A DNA stretch of 64,000 nucleotides from Eledone cirrhosa (taxonomy: Eukaryota), in the NCBI GenBank assembly GCA_964016885.1, contig OZ024740.1, positions 101,680,001 to 101,744,000 on the forward strand, written 5' to 3'. This document shows positions 53,614-64,000 of this stretch, piece after piece (the first letter of the stretch is position 1; every line of letters starts with the position of its first letter). Made by a program: the position numbers and the translations under genes. A model generated the notes under the pieces. It ran no database searches and was not told the origin of the DNA. It worked only from the letters and a program-made list of their open reading frames with translations.

Positions 53614-56231
53614 TAACAGCCTTGTAGTTGAAATTGGGGAGACAGAAACTGTGTGGAAGCCTGCTATTCCTTATAGTTATCCAGGTTATAACAGAGCAAT
53701 CTAAGACTGGCTGACCAGAGGAACTTTTTTATGCCGATGATCTGGTTCTTTTAACTGAATCCAAGAAGTACCAGAGAATAAGTTCCAGCTCTAAAAACAT
53801 AATTTAGAATCAACATCCCACTGGAAGGAAGTTATGATAGAGGAAGACCTGGGTGGAGGTGGTAAGAGCTGATCCCAAATCACTGAAACTTACAGAGTAG
53901 ATGACAAAAGATTGCAACGAGTGAAGAGATGCTGTGCTAAAAAAGACCTGTCCAAGCATGGAAAAGTGAACTTAAAAACGATGATGATTATGATTATTTA
54001 TATGCATGTATGTGTGTGTGTGTACTTATTAGCAGTAGCACTAACATAGTGAGGTACATAATAGAGGTGCATATGAAGGCATATATAATATGTTAATATA
54101 TAATTGTTTCTACTTTAGGCACAAGGCCAGCAATTACCAGTGCATTACTGGTACTTTATTTTATCGACCCCGTAAGGATGAAAGGCAAAGTCAACCTCGG
54201 CGGGATTTGAACTCAGATGGTAAAGGGACGTAACTACGCTGGAAAGCATGGCGTCCGACCCTCTACCGATACTGCCAATCCACCGCCCTTATATATGTTA
54301 ATATATAATAAACATACATAAGTCTTGCTAAGAATGTTTTAAGCTGTGGCCAGAAATGTATTTCAGGATTGTTGTCTTCAGTGACGTTTACTCACTTGGT
54401 ACTCAGACATGCATAAGGTACAGCTTATATGTTTTTTTTATATAAAACATTTACTAGAGATACTCATTTGTATAGTAAATGTTTATACACAAAAAGTATA
54501 TAAGCTATACCAGGTGCTTGTCTCAGTACTGACTGAGAAAATATATTTAAGTTGGTTTGTCTATTACTAATATATTTCCATTGGTCACCATTCCTTACAG
54601 AAGGTGCACTGTTCTTCTTAGAATAAATTTTCTGCTGCTAAACATGCTTATATCTATAAATATGCCAAGCAAAACTTGTATTTTATCAGGTCATATATCA
54701 AATTTCTTTGTCTGCTTCCACTACATAACTCCACTCTGTCACCTAGTTAAGTTCCATGTGGATATTTGTGATGGTTTTCTTTTATCAGATTTCTCATCCC
54801 AGTCCACCTGGCAGAGTTACCTCTGTCAAGAGTAGCTTAAAGAAAACTTTGGTTACTTACTAACACATACAAACATTGGCACTGACATAGCTGTGTGATA
54901 TAGAAATTCTCTTTAAAAGAACATTAGTACCAGGCTCAATCCTACCATGCACCAGCTGTGGGAAATGTCTTTCACCACAGCCTTGGAATGACCAATACCT
55001 TAAAAGACTATGCAATACATAATAATGAAATTATTGTGCAGGGTGCTCAGGTGCACTACAGCTCATCATGAGTTAAGGAGATGAACAGTGATAGCAATAT
55101 TGACCCTCAGGGTGTATCTCTTCGTTACACAATATGAAGTGGTGAGCACTAAAGTGACACAAAAGGACAGAAATGTCTGCATGGATATGTAGTTTCTGAT
55201 ACTTCCCAAAATGTAACTAGAAACTTCTGGTGCTATACACCATTGTGGGACTGAGGAAAAGATAACAAGACTGGTAGTGCAGAGTAGAAAGCTCATCCAT
55301 TATATATGTACCATCAGCATCATAATCCTTTTATGTCCACTTTCTATGTTGGCATGTGTTGAATGGCTTGTTAGAATCCATCTAAAATCTTAATCTGAGT
55401 TGTAGTTTGAGTGATTTGGAGATTTTTCTACCCAGAAAAGCTGAAAAGGCAAAGAAAGAGAAAAAGTGAAGAACAGAGGCAGCAACAACTCCAGCAGATT
55501 CCAAAGACTGTTGTTTCTAAAGCACAACTAATGGTACACCAAAACCTTACCTGATTTTCAGTGTCAGGGAAAAGATTCAAGAAGCCAGAGAACTCCTCTC
55601 AATAGTACAATAGTACCTCAATGGAAAGGAAATAGAGGTTGAAGAGAAGTGAAAAACTCCCAGAAAGCAACAAGAAAAGAAAAGGGGCTCAAAAGAAATG
55701 AGCCCAAATCAAAGGAAGGACTTTAAGACCAACAAGGAGGTGTACACCCATTTTGGGATGACATGAGATTCACAATTGTGTGAACTACCAATAAGTACTT
55801 AATAAGAATAATGTTTGGCATGAAGTAAGACTATGAGGTCAATTTACTGATTATGGGAGTTAGAGTTGTTCTATGTCTGTTTTTCCATATGGGTTGTACA
55901 AAGTCCAAAGCTTTCTCCAGTTTCATGGGTGTTAATTAAGAATTACAATACTTCCCCTTGAACAGGATATTATCTTGTCACTAGGCTAACATCACCCAGC
56001 AGCCACTGGTACTCACTCTCAGCTGAGTAAACTGAATAATGCATTACACACTCTAGGAATCAAATCCATGACCTTATGATTTTGAGCTCAATGCTTTAAC
56101 CTATGGACATAACCTATGCACTTTCATATGTACTGATTAAGATGGAGGAAATTACAGCTTTACTGGGTTCGGAATGATAAATCCTGCTCTCTTTATACAA
56201 ATATATAGGTCTTCATTATTTAATGTGTCCT

Positions 56232-56472
56232 TTATCCATTTCATGACCATATTTCTAATGAAAGACACTGCCTACAATTATCAAATAACTCTGAAAAAAT
56301 CAAGACTTAGCAATATTACTTTCTCATTATTTATCTGGAGTTTCAAGTATACATTAACAAAGAATCTTACATAAAATTATGATGAAAGGATTTTAGATAA
56401 ATTTAAACCATTTAAAATATACAGCATTGTATTGTAAACCTGAGGGATGCAGTTTGGTATTAAAAAGGTTAA
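56232..56472. mobile_element. Possible piggyBac-type MITE (sister copy from 34125)
   Basis: Shares tttcatgac..atttctaatgaaa with the copy starting TTAACCCTTT at 34125; ends AAAAAGGTTAA. Confidence 0.45.
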
Positions 56473-57793
56473 AATGGAGTATGATTTGGCTATTATTTTG
56501 AGCATGCCAAATGACCGTCATCATCTCTACATAATTGAAGTAGATGTGCTCTGTGTTTGTACTGAAAGCCTATAGCAAAACAACAATTAAATCCATCCAT
56601 AGAGCAATATTAAATTATAAAATGATTAGTTGTGTGTTTATGTAAGTTTGGTAAAATTTCCAGAGAACAAGCACCTTTCATTAGATGGGATTGGCTTTAT
56701 TGGTTAAAGAGAAGAGAAAGCATTCAAATCCTTTCTGTCTATTTAGTTAAATGGTGTAATACAATATTATAATGTAAACCATCAACATGACTAAAGCTCC
56801 CCACTACAGTTGATAGCAAGCTTGATACTCTATTTTAAGTAATGCATTAACAAATCAACTAAAGACAGCATTCCTCCCCACTCTCTCATCATCAGCAATG
56901 TCATTTTAACGTCCACTTTCCTTGCTAGTAACTGTTGGATGGGTCTACATAGACCAAGTCAGTAATGAAACAGGGCTACTGATCTCCCAGACAAACTAGT
57001 ATCTCACGTTTTACTAATGTTTAGTGGTAGATGTATCCACCTTTCAATTGGTGGAATTTGTAGGCTCAAAGAAAATTTCTTTAATTCTAGTATTGACAAA
57101 TTTATTATGAGTTTTATATATATGTGTGTGTGTATTTATATATATATACATGCACATATATATACATGCACACACATATCTACACACACAACTATTTATA
57201 ATCAATAAAGACCTTAATGCGAAACATCACTTTGTTTTACTATATATGCACTCTGCCCTAACATAGTATTGATTTTGGTACCTTCCTCAGTAAACCACGA
57301 ATCAACTGAACCACTTACTATATATAAACTATAATAAAGTAAGGAGCGCAGGACTGCGTACTGTTTATAATTTTTTATCCCATTAGTAAAATAAGTTGGA
57401 TTACTTTGAATAAATAATGAATGAATATTACATAATTTATCTACCAAATTTCGTGACTGTTCATTAAATATATTTTGTTTATTTAAAGATTCCCTTCTTT
57501 AAAATTTCTGAAATGTCAACACTTCCGGTTGGGCATCACTTAAATAAACATACTAATTTTCTGTCACTAATTTTCTCCTAATGCAGTTTATATATAATAT
57601 CGTCTTTATTAATGTATCATGGATTACGTTACTGATTACATAAGACAGTGTAACAAAGTCTTCGTTCAATTTCTGTGTATATTGTCAATTACAATTTTAT
57701 TTGATCATATCTACATGCATATATACCTGCGTATAATATCAATATACACTACATATGCTAGCAGAAAATCACCCGAAGGGTGGTTTTCTGCTA

Positions 57794-57839
<46 letters not shown>

Positions 57840-58476
57840 CTTTCATTTCAATTAATTCAGTTATAAACTATGTGCAGCACTCAATGCAATACTGTGAGTC
57901 CAAGGTGAAGCCAGGTCAACACATTTGATACAAGATGACTGCTTCTTGGTAACACAGATTATAAATACCAAGATAGAGAGATATCAATTTAACAAATCTT
58001 TATTTTGTTCCATGTTTCACTAGTGATCCAGTTCAAAACCGTTCAGAGTTAAAGAGTACTTTTAACTGTCAATTGTTATACTAGTCAGAAGACTAAAATG
58101 AAACTCAGTTATAATTCAAGAAGCTTTAGATTTTAGTTAGATTTCCCATGGGTACAAGCCAAAGCTGAAGCATATAAACAATATGCCCCCACCCCCTCCC
58201 ATTGCAAAGTGGTCGTGGAGGTGCCATGGCAAAAAAGCACCCATTGCACACTGTAAAGTGTTCATGTAGGCGCCACAGAAAAAAAGCACCCAGCACTTAC
58301 TGTAAATGAGGTTGGTGTTAGGAAGGGCATGTAGCTGTAGAAATCAAGCCAGAATCAGTTCCTGTATGAGCAAGACAAGGTCAGCCGACTGGGCATTGCC
58401 CACAACAGGACAACCCGTCTAGCCCATGCCAGCATGGAAGAATGGACGTAAAATGATGATGATGATTATGATATAC

Positions 58477-58545
<69 letters not shown>

Positions 58546-59794
58546 CATATGTGTGTGTGTGTGTGTATATATACATATACATATATACACACACATGCAC
58601 AGCTTCACAACTGACCGATCCCTGTTAGGATAAGTCAATACAGAAACAAACAGGTATAGTCATGCAATCTTGAATGCATTGAGCATATTCTACATGAAGT
58701 ATTTCAATGCTGCTGCTGCTACTACTACTACTATAACATCATCTATCATCATCACCACCACCATCATATCTGTTTCTTTTTAATCTCTAATTAATTATTG
58801 TTATTATATATATGGGATCTGTCTACTAAACATATAGATTGAGTCTATTTTAGTTATTTTGTCATATTTTGCAAAAGTCTCATAATTGCCTTCCTTTACC
58901 CTCCATTAATATGTGAGACGGTTTGTACTTTTATTTTGTTTTGTTTTTTGAAAGCTTTTTAGATTTTTATAAAATTGGATAGATATTAACAATACATACA
59001 CACACCCTCCCCACCCAACAAACAAATATACATAATACTAGTACAGCTCCCTTTGGAAGAAAGAAAAGGTAAGGAGATTTTCAGTTCCATTATCATTTCT
59101 GTCATAGGAAGTGAATGGACCTACCTTGCATCTTCGCTTGAATCCATTCTGAATGTCCATGTGACTTACGTCTGACTGAGAAATACAGAGCTTCTCTCAG
59201 ACACAATTACAACACATCTGCACCAGACCATGACCTGACAACAAAGAGAAAGAGACAGGCATGCGACCGCTTCCAGCAAGACTTCCCTCAGACTTCCAGC
59301 ACTCTTTTTTGGCATCCCCACAGTTTTCTTTGGTCTTTCCATTGCTGATTCTAACTGGTGGTCATAACTTCTGGTGGAAGGAGACAGGATTTGAACTTAG
59401 AATGTACAAAACCAAATTAGATATCACAAAGTATCTCGTCTGATTTTTAACAATGCCTCCAATCTACTGCCTCTGTTGAACTGTTACTTTATCAATCCCA
59501 AAAGGAAAAAAAGCAAAGTTGATCCCATTGAAATTTGAACTCACAACACAGTGAGCTGAAACAAAAACCAAGGTATTTCATCCAATACTCTAACAACGCT
59601 GCCAATTCAATGCTTATACTTCTAGAAGATAGAGAACTTAATACCTGTGTAGCTCTCATTCTATCTTTTGATGAGGCATTAATGTCTGAAACATTAAGGC
59701 TCCTTCCTACAATATCAAGTGTTAAACTAATATATATCATCATTGTACTGTATCATTTTCCTGTTTTGTTTTTACTCATTCACCATTAGGTGTG

Positions 59795-59870
<76 letters not shown>

Positions 59871-59940
59871 TATTACTCTTTTACTCTTTTACCTGTTTCA
59901 GCCATCCAGCTGAGGCCATGCTGGGGCACCGCCCAGATGA

Positions 59941-59973
<33 letters not shown>

Positions 59974-61020
59974 TGATGATATATATAAATATCTTCATCA
60001 TCATCATTTTACGTCCACTTTTCCCTGCTTTCAAGGGTGGGACGGGAACTGATTCTGGCTTGATTTCTACAGCTGGATGCCCTTCCTAACACCAACCTCA
60101 TTTACAGTGAGTGCTGGGTGCTTTTTTGGGTGCCTACAAGTCCACTTTACAGTGTGGGCTGGGTGCTTTTTTGCCATGGCACCTCCACGACCACTCTCCA
60201 GTGGAATGATAGAGACACCCCAGTCTTATCATCTCATTTCTACAGCTGAGTAAACTGGAGCAATGTGAAATAAAGTATCTTGCTCAAGGAAACAATACAT
60301 CACCCGGTCTGAGAATTGAACTCACAGCCTTTCGATTGCAAAGCCAATACTCTAACCACTAAGCTATGTACTTCCATATATATATATTGTTTTTATTCTT
60401 TCACTATTAGGCATATATATATATATATGCTTCCTTGTTTACATATACATAGTTACATAAATACAAATACACACCTATACACACCCACACATACATTCCT
60501 TCCAACAATATATTATGTAAGTGAAAAATATTGATGGAACTGGCTCTCGTCTGTTATATTAATAGCACAAACAAATAATCAAGTAGAAGAAAATAAAAGC
60601 AATCCTAAGCAAAGCAAAACATTATATATGGCATTAGATTCATGGAATTCAATTAATCTAATTAAATCGTACCAAACTGACATGTATACTTCAACTTTAG
60701 CGTTATGAAATTATGCTAACCTTTAGAAAGCAATTTGTTACACAATACTCATTCACAATCTATAATCAATAATACCAATTGTAAAATATCGAAAAAACAT
60801 AACTTAAATATGAGAAGAAAAGAAATCATTTGATAAGGCGTATCAATATATTGATTGTGTTTATTATTGTTATAATATAATATATCATTATATTATTGTA
60901 GAAACTGTATCATGTATACGCTGTTCTGTTATTGTTATGTGTTTGTGTGTATCTAATCATTTTCTTTTGTTTGTGTGTATGAATATATATATATATAGAC
61001 ACACACAAACACATATATGC

Positions 61021-61061
<41 letters not shown>

Positions 61062-62145
61062 TATATCATCATCATCTTTTTAGCGGACGTTAAAACGATA
61101 TTGATGATATCTATATATATTGTATTTTGGTAGATTTATTTTTTTTCAAGTAAAGGATTCCTATTAAAATACATATTAAAAGAAGACTTATGTAGTTTTG
61201 CAACTAATGTACAAAATTTAAAGACAAATGAATTGTTATGCTACCACTACTACTACTACCACCACCACTACTGCTGCTGCTGGTGCTAACACTCATTTGC
61301 AAGACAGATGAAGAATGATTTTGGACCTCAGGGCTGAGAAACATTTCAGAAAATTTAAGTGTGCTGAGAGATTTTCTTTGGAGGTAGAGTAATCAGATAT
61401 TAATGGGCCCTCTCCTAGGCTTTCTGCTCTGCCTTCCCCAGACAAAAGTGCTGACTGAACCCCTCCATTATAAACTCGGACCTAAGTGTTTTAGAAATGA
61501 TACATTGGATAATGTGATGCTAGGTTTCCTGCACATAAGGAAAAGGCAGGAATGGTCATGACTGATAGGTCTGCTTGATCAAGACTTACTTAGAGCTAAA
61601 CAATATCCTCCTCATCATCATCATAGTCATTCTGTGCACTGTTCGGTACTGACAGTGGCTGGACTGGATGTTTTGAGTAAATATTTTACAACCATATGCC
61701 CTTCCTGTTTCCTTTCCTTTTAGCCACCTCTTATGCAGGGATATGGTGTACTTATTCAAAAAGCTACGATATACACAATATCAACAATAAAAAGGAAATA
61801 ACTGTTTCTACTTTTGGCACAAGGCCGGCAATTAGCCCAGTGCATTACTCGTGTTTTATTTTATTGACCCCGTAAGGATGAAAGGCAAAGTTAACCTTGA
61901 CGGGAGGTTAACTTTGCCTTTCATCTTTAAAGTAAAAAGGATATAATGTCCTCCTGTTGTGCAAGGTACACAGTGCTTGAAAAGAAAAAAGAGATGGTTT
62001 TGGATGGATTATCTCTGCTTATGGGCCTTACCAGTCACAAACAACAGCAAATCTAAAAGTTAAAAAGAAAAAATACATATTGAGTTTGGGTTTCATAATC
62101 CCAATGAGTTGAGTTCTTTGTCATCTAAATTTTCTATTCATGATT

Positions 62146-62232
62146 TACAGTGGAACCTCGGTTCACAAATTAATTCATTTCTAAAGGCCATTCGTCAACC
62201 AAAATGTTCGTAAACTGAAACTATTTTTCCCA
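62146..62232 (+). mobile_element. pogo/Tigger-like terminal fragment
   Basis: TA|CAGTGGAACCTCGGTT start; no partner TIR found. Confidence 0.5.
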
Positions 62233-64000
62233 TGTTAAGAAAGTATTGCCATAGTTTTTGTCAAATTCTTTGTCAATCCATAAATTTTTTTTTATTTCTT
62301 TTAGTGATTTTGGGGCACATGCTCAGCCTTGTTGACTGTACACATAACAGAGGGTTGGGTTTTAATGGGTTAATATAAACAGAAAAGCTCTACCATCTAA
62401 CTCCAAACTCTGATCCCACAAATGTGCCATCTCCTTTCTCTTTCAATGCATTTTTTTATCATTACTACAATGGCCACTGCTTCTCAGATCTGGCTGGTTG
62501 CATGTCCTCACCACTCAAGCAATCATAACTCACTTGTCTTTTTTTCTCAAATCATCCATATTGTGTCTCTACCATCACCAGTGAAAGTACAAACCATTAG
62601 GCCCAGTCTTTCTACCACAGAACATTGAACCTCTGGGATTCCTTCTTGTATGTTATTTCCTGCAGTTGTTAATTTATAACTATTCTAGAGGAACATCAAT
62701 TTCATTGGTTTGGGAGAGCCTATGAAGGCCATGGGTACATCACTGTCCTACAGACCAAACCAATATTGGGGTTCTGTATAGAGTTTTGTTTTTATTCAGT
62801 TTCATTCTTATATACATGATGAAAATATTACCAGGGCACAATTTCTAAATATCTGATGTTATTTACCTATTAATGAGATTCCTTCATATCATTTCATGTA
62901 CTATGGTACATCCTAAGGTGTTATTGTTCATAGAGACACCATCAGTTGGGGCTCCTATAATGATCTAGCTGAAAATGGATTTTCTAATTCAAATGTTTAT
63001 AGTATTTTTAGTAGTGGACATATAATTGTTTCTACTTTTTGGCACAAGGCCAGCAATTACCCAATACATTACTGGTACTTTATTTTATCGACCCCGTAAG
63101 GATGAAAGGCAAAGTTAACGTCGGCGAGATTTGAACTCAGACCATAAAGGGCTGTAACTCTTTGCTGCAAAGCATGGCGTCTGACCCCCTACCGATACTG
63201 CCACTCCACCGCCCTAGTGGACATATAATTTGGGATAATTTGAGTAAACTAAAGAATGTAATTTTTAATTGTGATGCAGTCAAATTTCTGTTTTGTACTT
63301 TTCCCTTATGCGTTGCTAATGCAGTTTCATTTGTTGCAGGTTGTTAAGAGCTGCTAATGTGACATTTACTATGATATTGGGTCAGACAGAAAACTGAAAC
63401 AGTCTTTTCCTCTCTGCTATCATTAGAAGGCCTGATTTAGGGTGGGGCCTCTAATCTATTTGCTCCCTGCTCCATCCTCAGCAGATACCCATGAGAGCTA
63501 ACATAGGTAGTGGAATAAATGTATAAATACCTGAGCTGAATTGTTAATAGGCCAACCCTTGTTAGCAGGAGAAACAAACATTAAATGATGATGAATTTTA
63601 TAATCTTTCTGAATATTAATCTCAACTTTTGAAAATTTTGTAAATATTTACATTTACCTATGTTGGTATAAATACACACCAAGCAATTTAAGTCCATTTT
63701 TCCCTACTAAAGTTGTACCGAGGTTAGCCTTGTGAGCCCCATGATAGTTTTCATACTCAATATGGGTCCCTTTTTGAAGCAATGTTGTACAGCCAGATGC
63801 TTTTCTTAGATGTCAACTCTTTTAGTCACGTCTTACCACATGCAGGGATATAGTGCACCTATTCTAAACCAGAAACACAGTAAGCTGTTCATATATATAC
63901 ATATATGTGGGTGTAAAGTTCATCTCTAATGTTGAGGTTAACAGCCCCAAATATTAAGATATCAAGTAATAACTCCCATTTTAAAGAAAATAGCTTGTTA

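Noticed and set aside
60838-60920. gcgta...GAAAC...GTA tacgc
   Set aside because: Stem I-like pairing, but the CTGANGA box is absent

Overview
AT-rich, microsatellite-dense eukaryotic (metazoan) DNA with no confidently identifiable host gene. The repeat landscape ((TA)n tracts, RTE LINEs with (TGA)n tails, tRNA-derived SINEs) resembles an octopus/cephalopod genome, but that is an inference. Recognisable repeats: several 5'-truncated RTE LINE copies (one with an open RT ORF carrying a PHD-like finger), RTE-tailed and Nin-domain-like SINEs, a DD37D (maT) mariner relic, a hAT relic with a 26-bp minisatellite, hAT and mariner MITEs, a non-autonomous Helitron and CR1-like 3' ends. The main hidden signal is about 11 complete or near-complete minimal type I hammerhead ribozymes (CTGANGA-stemII-GAAA-often palindromic stem III-NUH), plus degenerate and half copies, from several unrelated short non-coding families. 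Most sit in foldback or tandem arrangements inside or beside (TA)n tracts, and several share a 3' tail motif. This looks like a diverse population of non-autonomous Penelope-like/retrozyme elements. All structures were folded by eye.
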